From NCBI GenBank assembly GCA_965203175.1, contig OZ241867.1:736001-800000 (forward strand): a stretch of DNA of 64,000 bases, in the 5' to 3' direction. Both the position numbers and the translations under genes were made by a program. Positions 18,177-29,040 of this stretch are shown here, one piece after another. This stretch comes from Candidatus Latescibacterota bacterium (GTDB taxonomy: Bacteria; Latescibacterota; UBA2968; UBA8231). The notes under the pieces are model-generated. The model saw nothing but the letters and a program-made list of their open reading frames with translations. It did not search any database and was not told where the DNA came from. How positions within the stretch are numbered: position 1 is the first letter of the stretch; each line of letters opens with the position of its first letter.

Positions 18177-19397
18177 CTACCTCCCCAAGTGGCGGTCGGC
18201 AAAGTCCAAGTACTGCTCCCAATCGTACTCGGCGAGGTCGTGACCGCCGCTGCGGATGTGGTAGCCGATTTGGCCCATGACCGGCTGATCGACGGCGGGC
18301 ATCTGCGCAGCCGGCAAGCCATCGGTCCCGAGCAGGCGATAGACGGGATCGGCGGCGAGGGCAGAGAGAAATTCGCCGCGCGGATCGGCCCAGCCGTCCT
18401 CGACAGCGCTAGCTACGTACAGAGGACGCGGCGCGCAAAGTGCCAATAGCTGATGCTGATCTACGGGCAGCTCGTCTTCGGCATCGTTATAGCGTCTGAA
18501 ATTGTCGCAGAACCAGTGCGGGAACGCATGATTAATACGCGCAACGGTCTCGCCGTAGCGCCGCCGCGAGAGCGCGGCCCCACCGCAGCCAGAGTCGTTG
18601 GAAATGACCAAGGCAAAGCGCAGGTCGCAGGCCCCGGCCCACAGCGCGGTCTTGCCCAGCCGCGAGTGGCCGAGCACGGCGACCCGTTCGTGGTCGCAGT
18701 CCGGGTCGATTTGCAGATAATCCACAACCCGGCTCAAACCCCACGCCCAAGCGCCGATAGCACCCCACTCGTCAGGGGCGGGCCGGTTTTGTCCCTCTTG
18801 GTAGAACAGCGGATGGACGCCGTTTTGATAGCCGTCGTCGTAGTCGGGGTCGAGGTCGCCGCAGTACATGGTGGCCAAGCCGTAGCCGCGCGCGATGATC
18901 TTGGCGACGGGCCAGCGTCTTTCCAAGCAGCCGCGCGAGTTGAAAGTGGCGCGGTGATTGACGATGCCGTTTTGCGCCTCGGCGCGCATCCAGCGGGTGT
19001 TGAGGTGGATCGCGGGATCGCGTTGGATGGAGTGATTGCCAAAGAAGTTGAGACCCAAGAAGACCGGCACCGGGCCAGACGCATCGGCGGGTCGATAGAG
19101 CAGGATGTCCATGCTCGGGCCGTTATGGTCATCGGTAAAGCACACGCGGACTTGGCGTCTCAGAGCACTACCTGAAAGAGCCTCACCCTCTTCGGTGGTA
19201 ACGAAGTGGATGCTGGGCAGAGGACCGAGCATCTCGCCGAAGACATGCGTCTTGAAGAGCTGAAGAATCTCCGGGCGGCGCACCTCAGTCCAAGTAGCCG
19301 CGTCGGCCACGGGTTCGCCGCTGGCCATCGTCAGCGGGTCGGGCAACGCGTACGAGGGGACTTTGGCTTCGTCGTAATTGGCTTCGCTTGGGGGCAT
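18177..19397 (-). CDS. CE15-family glucuronoyl esterase-like hydrolase
   Basis: [33 protein letters not shown] nucleophile motif, [15 protein letters not shown] and GGH. Start taken at ATG 19397. Confidence 0.85.
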   Translation of the reverse strand: MPPSEANYDEAKVPSYALPDPLTMASGEPVADAATWTEVRRPEILQLFKTHVFGEMLGPLPSIHFVTTEEGEALSGSALRRQVRVCFTDDHNGPSMDILLYRPADASGPVPVFLGLNFFGNHSIQRDPAIHLNTRWMRAEAQNGIVNHRATFNSRGCLERRWPVAKIIARGYGLATMYCGDLDPDYDDGYQNGVHPLFYQEGQNRPAPDEWGAIGAWAWGLSRVVDYLQIDPDCDHERVAVLGHSRLGKTALWAGACDLRFALVISNDSGCGGAALSRRRYGETVARINHAFPHWFCDNFRRYNDAEDELPVDQHQLLALCAPRPLYVASAVEDGWADPRGEFLSALAADPVYRLLGTDGLPAAQMPAVDQPVMGQIGYHIRSGGHDLAEYDWEQYLDFADRHLGR

Positions 19398-19437
19398 AGT
19401 CGCTGGTATGAGGGGGTGCGAGACTTTGGGCCGTGGT

Positions 19438-20319
19438 TCAGTCGTCGAAGTTATAGACGAAGGAGAGCCAGGGGATGGGAAATCCCTCTTTGAGGACCTC
19501 GCCGATGATAATGACACCGGCATCAACAGCTATCCTAGGACCGAAAAAGCGGAGGGCGAGGCCCAACGGCTGTTGGTCGAGCCCGAGATCTTCGCCGGTA
19601 ATGAGCCAGTTTTCCGAAACCAAGGCCATGCTCTCGGAGAGGCGGATATTGCCGCCGAGGAGGAGAACTGGATGCTCGGCGAAATCCACATCCTCGTCCT
19701 CCTCGGCGATGTAGCCTAGACCGATGCCACAGGTAAAGCTCTCGTCGGGGGTGCCTTTGGACCCTACCACAAAGACCATACCTCCAGCTCCTTCGTTGGC
19801 GACATTCATATAGAGCACGCCCGCGGAAAGGGCGACATCGTCGCTGTCGTAGAGGCTGAACTTGGGAGCCACTGACAGGACTTGGTCGCTCAATCCCAAC
19901 CCAGGGACAACCGACAGACCCGCCGCCACGCCGAGGCGGTCGGTGAAACCGTAGGCCATGCCGGGGAAGAATACGTAGTAATCGAAGAAATAGCGATCTC
20001 CTCGGCGCAATGGCCTGCCAGTAGGTGCGAACATCAGGCGGGTGTAGTTGGGGTCAGGACGGGAGAAAGCACCAGCACGGCGCTTTTTTATCGCAACAAT
20101 GGACGTTCTCGGCACCTTTATTTCTAGGCCCGACAGCGTCTCGACGAGGATGTAGGTTTCGGTCTCCTGAATGATGGCACCTTCAAGTTGGGTGCCGTCG
20201 GTGAGGGAAATGGACGTCAGCGAATCGGCGAGGCTGTCCTGCTCCTCGGCACCCGAGGGCATGGCCACTTGAAGCAAGAGCCAGAGCGCATAAGAAACCC
20301 ATTTGATCTGTGGATTCAC
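19438..20319 (-). CDS. Exported/outer-membrane hypothetical protein
   Basis: Probable GTG start at 20319 with a signal peptide. [11 protein letters not shown] domain, [14 protein letters not shown] and a barrel-like C-terminus PWLSFVYNF. Confidence 0.65.
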   Translation of the reverse strand: MNPQIKWVSYALWLLLQVAMPSGAEEQDSLADSLTSISLTDGTQLEGAIIQETETYILVETLSGLEIKVPRTSIVAIKKRRAGAFSRPDPNYTRLMFAPTGRPLRRGDRYFFDYYVFFPGMAYGFTDRLGVAAGLSVVPGLGLSDQVLSVAPKFSLYDSDDVALSAGVLYMNVANEGAGGMVFVVGSKGTPDESFTCGIGLGYIAEEDEDVDFAEHPVLLLGGNIRLSESMALVSENWLITGEDLGLDQQPLGLALRFFGPRIAVDAGVIIIGEVLKEGFPIPWLSFVYNFDD

Positions 20320-20335
20320 TGCGTTTTGCGCCGCC

Positions 20336-21136
20336 TCAATCGCCCGCCAGAATCGGGTGCAGCGGATGATCCCAGGGGCCGCCGGCTTCCATCTCGTCGG
20401 CCGCGCCAGCCGCGTCGTGCGTCCCGGTAAACGTGGTGTAATCGGGCATGTAGATAATGGCAAACGCGCGGCGCGGCGCAGCGGTCTGGTTGGGACCGGC
20501 GTAGTGGAAGGTGCAGCCGTGGTGGAAGGTAATGCCGCCGGCTTTCATGTCCATGGTCACCGGCTCGGGCACGTCGTAACCCTGTTCCTTCATTTTATCG
20601 ACGATACTCTCGCCAGCAACGCCTAATTTGATCGGTTCGAGCCGCTCGTACTGGTGCGAACCAGGCACAAAGTGGAGGCAGCCGTTGTCTGCGGTCACGT
20701 CGTCCACTGCAATCCACGCCGACAGCGCGCCGACTGGGTCCATCGGCCAATAGGGAGCGTCCTGATGCCAGTTCGTCTCCTTGCTCGTTTGGCCAGGCGG
20801 CTTGATCATCGCGTGATCGTGGTAGATGCGCACGTGGCGGCAGCCGCTCAGGCGGCGGGCGGTCTCGGCCAAGCGCGAATGGAAGGCGATTTCCTTGGCG
20901 TCCGGATAGTCGGTCCAGAGATTGACCATCTGATTGAAAACGCGCTCGTACTCTTCCGACCCGCGGCCATCATTCTCGGCCCCTCTGATGCGGGCGCGAT
21001 GCGTGTCGATGGCGTGGTCAATGGCTTGGCGCAGCGAAGCGATCTCCTCGGCGGAGAAGAAGTGCTCGTAGCGGATGTAGCCGTTTTGCTGAAAGAATTC
21101 GGCGTCGGCTGGCGTCGCCGGGCTTATTGTAGGCAT
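20336..21136 (-). CDS. PhyH-family dioxygenase
   Basis: FFQQNGY, WHQD (HxD), SAWIAVDD, NGCLHFVPGSH and FHHGCTFH. Confidence 0.9.
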   Translation of the reverse strand: MPTISPATPADAEFFQQNGYIRYEHFFSAEEIASLRQAIDHAIDTHRARIRGAENDGRGSEEYERVFNQMVNLWTDYPDAKEIAFHSRLAETARRLSGCRHVRIYHDHAMIKPPGQTSKETNWHQDAPYWPMDPVGALSAWIAVDDVTADNGCLHFVPGSHQYERLEPIKLGVAGESIVDKMKEQGYDVPEPVTMDMKAGGITFHHGCTFHYAGPNQTAAPRRAFAIIYMPDYTTFTGTHDAAGAADEMEAGGPWDHPLHPILAGD

Positions 21137-21191
21137 GAAGGCAAGGCCTTAATTTTTGCGGTGGCAATCAAACACTCAACAGGGGTAGAAC

Positions 21192-21539
21192 ATGGCCGAA
21201 GTAACGATGTACCACAACCCACAATGCTCTAAAAGTCGGCAGACGTTGGCTCTATTGTCCGAGCAAGGCGTGGAGGCAAACGTCGTCGAATACTTACAAA
21301 CACCGCCGGACGCCAAAACCCTAGACGAGCTTTTGCAAAAGCTCGGACTGGAACCTCGGGAACTAATGCGCACCAAAGAAGACGAATACCAAGCGCTGGG
21401 GTTGGCCGAGGTGACGGACCGCGCGCAGCTCATTCAGGCGATGGTCGAACACCCCATCTTGATCGAGCGGCCCATCGTCGTCAAGGGAAATCAAGCGCGT
21501 CTCGGGCGACCGCCGGAGCAAGTCCTGGACATCCTCTAG
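21192..21539 (+). CDS. arsC: Arsenate reductase (glutaredoxin), ArsC family
   Basis: YHNPQCSKSR, LIERPIV and RLGRPPE. Confidence 0.85.
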   Translation: MAEVTMYHNPQCSKSRQTLALLSEQGVEANVVEYLQTPPDAKTLDELLQKLGLEPRELMRTKEDEYQALGLAEVTDRAQLIQAMVEHPILIERPIVVKGNQARLGRPPEQVLDIL

Positions 21540-22148
21540 ATGCTAAAACTGGGGTTTCTCGCCTCGCACACCGGGTCGAACATGCAGGCGATCATCGATG
21601 CCTGTCAGGCGAGGACGCTAGCGGCCGAACCGCGCGTAGTGATTAGCAACAACTCGCAATCGGGTGCGCTGGTGCGAGCGCGGCAGGCGAACATCGCGGC
21701 GTACCACCTGAGCGAGCGGACGCACAGCGAGGCGCTGGGAGGAGCGATTCTGGCAGCAATGCAGCGGCACGAGGTCGAAGTGATCTGTCTGGCCGGATAC
21801 ATGAAGAAGCTAGGGGCGGAGATTTTGGCAGCCTACGAAGGGCGGATTTTGAATATCCACCCCGCCCTGTTGCCCAAGTTCGGCGGACAGGGCATGTATG
21901 GGATGCGGGTTCACGAGGCCGTATTGGCCGCTGGAGAGCGCGAGAGCGGGGCGACGATCCACCTAGTAGATGAAGAATACGACCACGGACGGATCCTCGC
22001 ACAGGAAAAGGTTCCGGTTAAAGCAGAAGACACGCCCGAGACGTTACAAAAACGGGTGTTAGCAGTGGAACACCAGCTCTACGCGGCGACCCTCGCGCGG
22101 ATCGCGGCCGGCGAAATCACTATTCCTCTTCCTCGCTCCCGCGCATAA
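21540..22148 (+). CDS. purN: Phosphoribosylglycinamide formyltransferase
   Basis: GSNMQAI, LAGYMK, NIHPALLP, GATIHLV and YDHG. Confidence 0.93.
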   Translation: MLKLGFLASHTGSNMQAIIDACQARTLAAEPRVVISNNSQSGALVRARQANIAAYHLSERTHSEALGGAILAAMQRHEVEVICLAGYMKKLGAEILAAYEGRILNIHPALLPKFGGQGMYGMRVHEAVLAAGERESGATIHLVDEEYDHGRILAQEKVPVKAEDTPETLQKRVLAVEHQLYAATLARIAAGEITIPLPRSRA

Positions 22149-23601
22149 TGCGTCGCAAGTGCCCAAGCTCCTCGACGATGGTGCGACGCTCTAGCAGCCC
22201 GAGAACAATCCCGTACGCCAACGCCATAATCCCGCTCCGCAAGACAAAATCGCCCACCGCATAATCCAAGACCCAACGGTCGTACAACCACCCGCATACC
22301 GCAGCGGCCAACAATCCCACGGCCGGCGCGGCCAATACCTTGAACCAATTGACGCGCACATAGGCGCGCAAACCAACGCACAGTCCTAAGAAACCCACGC
22401 CAGCCACCGCGCCCATGCTGTACGCCACGCCCTCCGCACCCCACAACACGCCCAGCGCGGGGACGGCAAAAAGAGCCACTACCCCCTGTATCCCCACTAT
22501 GCACGCGGACCGTCGCGTCGCCCCTACGGCCCACAGCAGACTAAACCCATCACTGAGCAGCGGACGCAACAGCGCATACGCCGCCAGCCAAACCACAATG
22601 CGCGATGACGCAGCCCATTGGCCACCTAAGAGGGCGATTACTTCGCGGGCATTAAAAACCAAAATTAGCGACACTGGAGCCGACACTCTCAACACTAGGC
22701 TGATCATCTTGGAGAACAACTCGCCCAATCGCTCGCGCTCGTTCCGATACCGCGAGTACAGGGCACCGCTGTAGTTGAGGATAATATGCGCGATGACCGC
22801 AGTGGGAATCTGCACCAGCCACCAAGCCGTCTCGTAGAGCGCGAGCGCCGTATCGCCGACGACCAAGCGCACGACCAATTTGTCGTACCACCAAATAAAA
22901 ATCTGCAAGACCCAGCCAATCCAGATCCACACGCCATAGCCCAATAAGCGGCGCGCCCAAACCCAGTCGAAGTGCAGCAAGGCGAGGCGCAGGGGTCGGC
23001 TACACCAAGTAGCAGTAGAAAAAAACAGCACGTACACCACGCTGAGCACCGAGTACGTAGTCCACCCCCCCAATATCAAACTCCACTCTTCCCACCCAGC
23101 GCGGGCCGCCAACAGCGCGCAACTCAAGGCCAACAGCGTCCCCACCCCGTGAAACAGGGAGAGCCTGCCAAACTCAAAATCCATCCTCAGCAGGGCCTCT
23201 GAAGTCAGGCTCAGTTGGCGCACAAAGTGCAGCGCCGCCAGTACCCACGCGACTTGGGCAAAGGTCCAGGAAAAATCCTCTGGGAAGAACAACGTCAAGG
23301 CCAAGACGACCCCGCTGGTCAACAAACACGACAGCAAGGTAATGCACGCATTCAGCGCAAAGTGCGTGCCGACGAATTCCTCGACTCGATCCTGAAAGTG
23401 CAACAGCGCGTGCGTCAGGCCGAATTCGCGCAGACTGGACAGCATGGTAAAGACCGTCACGCCCAAAAACACATCGGCAAAAACACTCGGTTCGAGCTGT
23501 CTTTTGATCAGAACCGTCAGTCCCACGCTGCACAGCCTCGCAGCATAGCCCGTGCCCAAGGTATAGAAAAATCCCTTGAACATCTTTTGCGGCGTAATCA
23601 T
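22120..23601 (-). CDS. Oligosaccharide flippase (Wzx/PST family)
   Basis: 493 aa protein with many TM segments and EFGL..ALL and DKLVV...G...LALY motifs. Confidence 0.8.
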   Translation of the reverse strand: MITPQKMFKGFFYTLGTGYAARLCSVGLTVLIKRQLEPSVFADVFLGVTVFTMLSSLREFGLTHALLHFQDRVEEFVGTHFALNACITLLSCLLTSGVVLALTLFFPEDFSWTFAQVAWVLAALHFVRQLSLTSEALLRMDFEFGRLSLFHGVGTLLALSCALLAARAGWEEWSLILGGWTTYSVLSVVYVLFFSTATWCSRPLRLALLHFDWVWARRLLGYGVWIWIGWVLQIFIWWYDKLVVRLVVGDTALALYETAWWLVQIPTAVIAHIILNYSGALYSRYRNERERLGELFSKMISLVLRVSAPVSLILVFNAREVIALLGGQWAASSRIVVWLAAYALLRPLLSDGFSLLWAVGATRRSACIVGIQGVVALFAVPALGVLWGAEGVAYSMGAVAGVGFLGLCVGLRAYVRVNWFKVLAAPAVGLLAAAVCGWLYDRWVLDYAVGDFVLRSGIMALAYGIVLGLLERRTIVEELGHLRRIMRGSEEEE

Positions 23602-23607
23602 GGGTTC

Positions 23608-24960
23608 CTAGCGGACGCGGGCCGCTCCGCATCGGTAGTCGCGTGGGTCGCCGAGGCGGGCTTGTAACGCGTTGCCTGTCATATCAGTATGACGCTGGAC
23701 CCAGTTGACCTCGTCGGCCAATGTGCAGTCGAAAAGGCCGGGATCGTCGGCACCAATGGCCAGTCGGACATCGGAGGCCAAGAAGCGATGCACTGGATGA
23801 TCCTTGGCGTCGGGCACCGCACCGATGCGCAAGTTGGAGGTCGGACAGGTCTCGACGACCGTGCCGAGCGCGATCAAGCGGCTAAGCGCGAAGTCCTGCC
23901 GCCTGCGCACTGCTTCGCGGCGCGGAGGATCGTATGTGCGGCAAACGAGCGCATCGCGAGGCCGCGCCGAGAGGCGGCTGCGTTCCCGCATCAGGGCTTG
24001 GTCATCGACCGGGACGCCGAATTTTTCCAACGCGTCCTTGTGATGCAAATCATAGGCAATCTGGGCCAAGCGTTCGCTAACCCGCTCCCTCTCGTGGGCT
24101 TGGGGCCGGCGAGTCACGGCGATCTCCGGGTCGAGCCCGAGCGCAGTACAGTGCCCCAAGCGATGCGCACCCAACTCTGCCGCTTGGTGGCACCAGCGCA
24201 CTGCGCTTTCAAGCGATTTGTCAAAGTACACTTCGCCCACGTGATAGGCCACGTCGAGCGCGCGCTCCGGGTGCCGCTCGTTGTCGCGGCGCAGGCGGCG
24301 GAAGAAGGCGCGGGTGCTCGCGGGCGGGTAGCCTTCCTCAAAGTGGCAGAAGTCGAGACCGACGATCGCGGGGATCAAATCCTCGTTTTCGTCGAGCAGG
24401 CGTTGAACTAGTCGGTAGCATTCGAGCGGTGCCCAGCGCGGCAGGCTGATGAGATAGCGGGCGGTAAAGTCCGAGGTGCAGGCTTGGGCGATGGCGCGAG
24501 CAGTCAGCTCGTGAAACTGCACGAAGGCTTCGGGCTGAATGTGGTCATAGGGAGCCATGGCGCGGTATTCGACGTAGCGCAGCCCTTCGCGCCGATGGTG
24601 GGCAAAGATCCGGTGCAGTATTTCTTCTGGCTCGCCCAAAACGTTCCACCAATGGCGATAGATGCAGATGGCCAAGTTGAACTTGGCTTGGAAATGGGCA
24701 AAGTCGCCGCCGTCTTCTGCGCCGTACACGCAGTGCGCCTTGAGCGCGTCGAGACATTGGCTGTGAAGCGCCTCGCGGAATAGCGCGACCGGATCGGGAC
24801 GCCGGCCATAGGCGCGTTCGAAGCTATCGACAAACAGCGACCAGTCGATTTTTTCGTAGTGGTCGCGGGCCAAGTCGAGGAGATCGGCGGCAAAGAGGCT
24901 GCCGCCGATGTGGACGTGAAGCTCGCAGGTCTTGGCAGCCTGGAGGGAGGGCTCCGTCAC
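23608..24960 (-). CDS. Adenosine deaminase-family metallohydrolase
   Basis: ELHVHIGGS, AYHVGE, RLGH, ETCPTSN and ADDPG. Confidence 0.8.
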   Translation of the reverse strand: MTEPSLQAAKTCELHVHIGGSLFAADLLDLARDHYEKIDWSLFVDSFERAYGRRPDPVALFREALHSQCLDALKAHCVYGAEDGGDFAHFQAKFNLAICIYRHWWNVLGEPEEILHRIFAHHRREGLRYVEYRAMAPYDHIQPEAFVQFHELTARAIAQACTSDFTARYLISLPRWAPLECYRLVQRLLDENEDLIPAIVGLDFCHFEEGYPPASTRAFFRRLRRDNERHPERALDVAYHVGEVYFDKSLESAVRWCHQAAELGAHRLGHCTALGLDPEIAVTRRPQAHERERVSERLAQIAYDLHHKDALEKFGVPVDDQALMRERSRLSARPRDALVCRTYDPPRREAVRRRQDFALSRLIALGTVVETCPTSNLRIGAVPDAKDHPVHRFLASDVRLAIGADDPGLFDCTLADEVNWVQRHTDMTGNALQARLGDPRDYRCGAARVR

Positions 24961-24963
24961 CCG

Positions 24964-25980
24964 TCACTCCAGCGCAGGCATATCGACCGCGTCGTCGCGG
25001 CGCTCGTGCATGTTCGCTTCCATGGCCTCTGGGTAGCGATGTGGGAGGTGGGAGACTTCGTCGAGCCGGGCGCGAGCCTCGTCCGGGAGACAAAAGCTGC
25101 CAGCGAGCATGTTGTCGCGCGCCTGCTCGACGGTGCGCGCGCCAATGATGACCGAAGTGATGGCCGGTTGTTCCAACACCCAGCGCAGGGCAACTTGCGC
25201 CGGCGAACGGCCCATCTCGTCGGCTACCGCTATGAGCGTCTCTAAGGTCTGGTCGGCATTGGCGGCAAAATAGCTTTGCGGGTAGGCCCAAGCATCCGCG
25301 GAGCGCGTGCCTTCCAAGGTGCGCTCGCCGGGTTTGTATTTGCCGGAGAGAAAGCCGCCGCCGAGCGGACTCCACACCACCACGCCCAGTCCCTTGAGCT
25401 GACAGACGGGAATCAGCTCCTGCTCGATGTCGCGCACGACCAAGCTGTATTGCGGCTGGAAGCACTCAAAGCGCGCCAATCCATTCGCATCCGATATCCA
25501 CAACGCCTCCATCAAACGCCACGCCTGATAGTTGGAACAGGCGGTATAGCGCACCTTGCCTTGGCGAACCAAATCGTCGAGCGCGCGCAGCATCTCCTCC
25601 AACGAAGTCTGGGTATCCACGTGGTGAATGTAATAGAGGTCGATGTAATCTGTTTGCAATCGCTGGAGGCTGTCCTCAACGGCATTCATAATGCGCACCC
25701 GCGACATCCCCGAGTCGTTGGGGCCAGGCCCCATGGGGTTGAAGAACTTGGTGGCGATGACCGCATCGCGGCGACGGCCCTTGAGCGCCTTGCCGGTGAT
25801 GACCTCGGACTCGCCGCCGCCATACGAATCGGCCGTGTCGAAGAAATTGATACCCGCGTCAAACGCCAGATCAACGATCCGCTTGGCCTCCCGTTCGTCC
25901 GTGCTGTGGCCAAAGGTCATGGTTCCAAGGCAAATTTCCGATACTTTGAGGCCGGTGCGGCCCATTCTGCGGTATTCCAT
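24964..25980 (-). CDS. Aldo/keto reductase
   Basis: GGAGG RBS before MEYRRMGRTGLKVSEICLGTMTFG. FDTADSY, DYIDLYYIH and WSPLGGG. Confidence 0.92.
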   Translation of the reverse strand: MEYRRMGRTGLKVSEICLGTMTFGHSTDEREAKRIVDLAFDAGINFFDTADSYGGGESEVITGKALKGRRRDAVIATKFFNPMGPGPNDSGMSRVRIMNAVEDSLQRLQTDYIDLYYIHHVDTQTSLEEMLRALDDLVRQGKVRYTACSNYQAWRLMEALWISDANGLARFECFQPQYSLVVRDIEQELIPVCQLKGLGVVVWSPLGGGFLSGKYKPGERTLEGTRSADAWAYPQSYFAANADQTLETLIAVADEMGRSPAQVALRWVLEQPAITSVIIGARTVEQARDNMLAGSFCLPDEARARLDEVSHLPHRYPEAMEANMHERRDDAVDMPALE

Positions 25981-25991
25981 GGTTTTACCTC

Positions 25992-27188
25992 CTAAGCTTC
26001 CACTGCCTCTCGCTGATAGTACTCCGCAAGGATCTCGGCCACCTCCGGCCGCGCAAACTCCGGCGGCAGGGCCTCGCCAGCGGCTAGCATCTCGCGGACT
26101 TGGGTTCCCGACAGGAACAGGTACGCGTCGCCGCTGTCCGGGCAGTCGCGCATCATCACCACCGCGTTGCACTTCTTGCACCAGACCGTGTGATCGCCGC
26201 GGAAAATTTCGATTTCGAGGGCGTCGTCGATATCATCGAAAATGGTCTGCGCGTCAAACGCTCCGTAGTAATCGCCAACGCCCGCGTGGTCGCGGCCTAC
26301 GATCAGATGCGTGCAGCCGCTGTTCTGGCGGAAGATGGCGTGCAGCACGGCTTCGCGTGGACCGGCGTAGAGCATGTCAAAGCCATAGCCGGCGATCATC
26401 ACTGTGTTTTCCGGGAAGTAGAGCTCGACCATCTTGCGGATAGAGGCGTCGCGCACGTCGGCCGGGATGTCGCCGGCCTTGAGCTTGCCCAGCAGCATGT
26501 GGATGAGGATGCCATCGGCCTCGACGGCCTGCTGGGCCATGCGGCACAGCTCCTCGTGGGCGCGGTGCATGGGGTTGCGGGTCTGGAAGGCCACGACCCG
26601 GTCCCAACCGCGCTCGGCGATCTCGGCGCGCAGCTCGACCGCGGTGCGGAAGGTCGCGGGAAAGTCGCCGGGGAAGTACGAGAAGTTGAGCACCTCAATT
26701 GGCCCAGCGATGAGGGTGTCGCCTGCAGCTTTGAACGCCGCGACTCCGGGATGGGCGTCGTCGTCCGTGCCAAAGACTTGGTCAATGATGGCGGCGCGCT
26801 CCGCATCTGACAGCAATTCGACCGCAGTCACTCCCTGGATGGCAATAATGGGATTGCCGTCCACATTGGGATCCAACAAGGCGATGCGACTGCCGGGGAC
26901 CACGCCCTCCGGAACCTGATCGCCGGGGACCATATTGACGACTGGGGTGGGCCACAGCAGGCCGTCGGTCGTGTGCATGTTGGCAGCTACGCTCTTGGCG
27001 TCAGCGGCGTCCATAAAGCCTGTAAGCGGGGTAAAGTATCCCGAGCCGAGCATGACGGCTGAGGATGCAGCAGCGGAAGAGACGACTACAGCGGGCAGGC
27101 CAGCGGCTTCTTCTAAAAGCTGGGCACGCACTGCATCGTCTTCGACGTAGAGCGGTTTGAGTTCTTCTGCGCCGTGGGGTTTAATCAC
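25992..27188 (-). CDS. sat: Sulfate adenylyltransferase
   Basis: GTG start after AGGAG (IKPHG). AFQTRNPMHRAHE, YAGPREA, HLIVGRDHAGVG and LSGT. Confidence 0.93.
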   Translation of the reverse strand: MIKPHGAEELKPLYVEDDAVRAQLLEEAAGLPAVVVSSAAASSAVMLGSGYFTPLTGFMDAADAKSVAANMHTTDGLLWPTPVVNMVPGDQVPEGVVPGSRIALLDPNVDGNPIIAIQGVTAVELLSDAERAAIIDQVFGTDDDAHPGVAAFKAAGDTLIAGPIEVLNFSYFPGDFPATFRTAVELRAEIAERGWDRVVAFQTRNPMHRAHEELCRMAQQAVEADGILIHMLLGKLKAGDIPADVRDASIRKMVELYFPENTVMIAGYGFDMLYAGPREAVLHAIFRQNSGCTHLIVGRDHAGVGDYYGAFDAQTIFDDIDDALEIEIFRGDHTVWCKKCNAVVMMRDCPDSGDAYLFLSGTQVREMLAAGEALPPEFARPEVAEILAEYYQREAVEA

Positions 27189-27214
27189 AGTATTCTCCTT
27201 GGTTAGCTGTGCGT

Positions 27215-28078
27215 TTAATGTACGGGAATGCCGGCTTCGGCGAGGATGCGGTGGACATTGGCGGCGGCTCTGGGGTATTTCTCGTTGGGCAAGTGTTCGA
27301 GGAGCATGTAGCCGTCGGGATGGGCGTCGTGCCACAGCTTGAGCGCGGTGGCGACATCGAGTTCGCCGTCACCGGGTATCTCTTCGTCGATGTGGAGCAC
27401 CAAGCCAGGAGACAGCTTGATATCCTTGCAATGCCCGACGCTGGAGATGGGATTCATAATCTCAAATATGTGCTGCAGACGCTCGGTGCTGTTGTACACT
27501 TGGTCCAAGTTCTGAAAATGGTTGACGTAATCCATCACCACGGTCATGCGCTCGGAGCCAACTTCTTGCAGCACGTCGCGGTTTATCTCCGGCGATCCCA
27601 TGATGGTGAGCAGATGCGTCTCAATGACCACCGTGACAGCTTCGGACTCGGCTTTGGCCGCCACGCGCTTGAGGGTCTCGACGAGCAGGGCGCGCGCCTC
27701 GGGCGTGAGATTGAGTGGCGACGGCGAGTACGAGCCGACTGGGTTGCGGCTGCCCGTGCGGATCAGACAGGTGTGGGCAGCCAAGTCGCGGGCGACTTCA
27801 ATGCCGCGCTCGATCTTGCTTACTACTTGGTCGCGCACCGCAGAGTCGGGATCAAACAGGCACTCGGAAAAGCCAATGCCGAACTGGGGTAGCTCCATGC
27901 CCGCGGCCGCAATGGTATCGCGCACCTTGTGGCACTCTGCGGCGGTGATGGCAGATAGATTTTCCCCTGGGGCGTGAAAGGCCGTGCCCGTGAGGTTGAG
28001 CGCCTTGATCGCCGCTAGGTGTTGGTCGCTGATTTCGCGAAAGTCCGAGGGCAACATGCCGACGACGCCGAGCCGCAT
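27215..28078 (-). CDS. Sugar phosphate isomerase/epimerase (xylose isomerase-like TIM barrel)
   Basis: AGGAG RBS before ATG 28078. IETH, MDYVN, HCKD, PGDGELD and LLEH. Confidence 0.85.
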   Translation of the reverse strand: MRLGVVGMLPSDFREISDQHLAAIKALNLTGTAFHAPGENLSAITAAECHKVRDTIAAAGMELPQFGIGFSECLFDPDSAVRDQVVSKIERGIEVARDLAAHTCLIRTGSRNPVGSYSPSPLNLTPEARALLVETLKRVAAKAESEAVTVVIETHLLTIMGSPEINRDVLQEVGSERMTVVMDYVNHFQNLDQVYNSTERLQHIFEIMNPISSVGHCKDIKLSPGLVLHIDEEIPGDGELDVATALKLWHDAHPDGYMLLEHLPNEKYPRAAANVHRILAEAGIPVH

Positions 28079-28239
28079 GAGGAAAGCTCCTTGTTGAAAT
28101 TGTGCAGTGAACAGGGGCCGAATCACCTCAAAAACTGACCATTGGTACAGATAACGTCAACACGCGAGCCGTTTGCCGAACCGAGGCGAGGAGCCTACTA
28201 TTTGATGTTTTGACCACTCTAACAACTTCCTAACGAACC

Positions 28240-29040
28240 ATGACCTTCGCCCTGTCGTTTATCACCACCCTCGTCTCCGGCCTCTACACCTGCTTGTGGG
28301 GCGCGTTCAAAGACGCTCCGTATGAGGGCTTCAAGCCCAAGACCTTTCCGCGCAGCATGTACTTCCACATCGCGATCTTTTTGCCGCTGTACTTCATCCC
28401 GTATTTCAGCGCGCAATTCCAGCATCTCGGCCTCGTGCAAATGTTTTTCCTGATCATGGGCCTAGAGCGCTTCCTCGCCGAAATCTACAAGGGCTTCTTC
28501 CGCACTGAAGATCAGCAAAAGTACTTCGTCCCCTCGCGCATAACCTTCTTTGGCCGCCCGATCACCAGCGACCTCGTCCGCCATAGCGCAGGAGTCCTAA
28601 TCGTCGCCATTGTCTTCGCCTTCCTCCTCGTAGCCGCGCCCATCGAGAGCTTCTGGGGCTATCTGGTAACCGGGTATTGCACCGGGCTGCTCGTGGCCTC
28701 GGGGGGTGCTTATAAGGACGCGCCCTTCGAGGGATTCAAGTGGCTCAAATTCCAGCGCTCTGGAGTCGTCTTGGCCGCCTTGAGTCCGCTGTTTTACTTC
28801 CTCGGCAACCCCGAACACCCGGTCGGGCTGGGCTTTCTCATCTACATGAACGGCGGGCTAGAGCGATTCACCGTCGAGTACTACAAGACTTATATCCAGC
28901 GCAATATGTCCGGGAAATTCCAACCCAACCTGCCCCGCATCCAGCGCGAATTGGCCACCCGCGAGAAGTTCCACTACGCGGCCTTGGTGATTATCGCCGG
29001 ACTAGCCGCGCTCTACGCCCATGAACGCGGCGCACTATGA
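28240..29040 (+). CDS. Membrane protein with internal duplication
   Basis: Two copies of GA[FY]KDAP[YF]EGFK...F.RS and GLERF..E.YK within hydrophobic helices. Confidence 0.7.
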   Translation: MTFALSFITTLVSGLYTCLWGAFKDAPYEGFKPKTFPRSMYFHIAIFLPLYFIPYFSAQFQHLGLVQMFFLIMGLERFLAEIYKGFFRTEDQQKYFVPSRITFFGRPITSDLVRHSAGVLIVAIVFAFLLVAAPIESFWGYLVTGYCTGLLVASGGAYKDAPFEGFKWLKFQRSGVVLAALSPLFYFLGNPEHPVGLGFLIYMNGGLERFTVEYYKTYIQRNMSGKFQPNLPRIQRELATREKFHYAALVIIAGLAALYAHERGAL

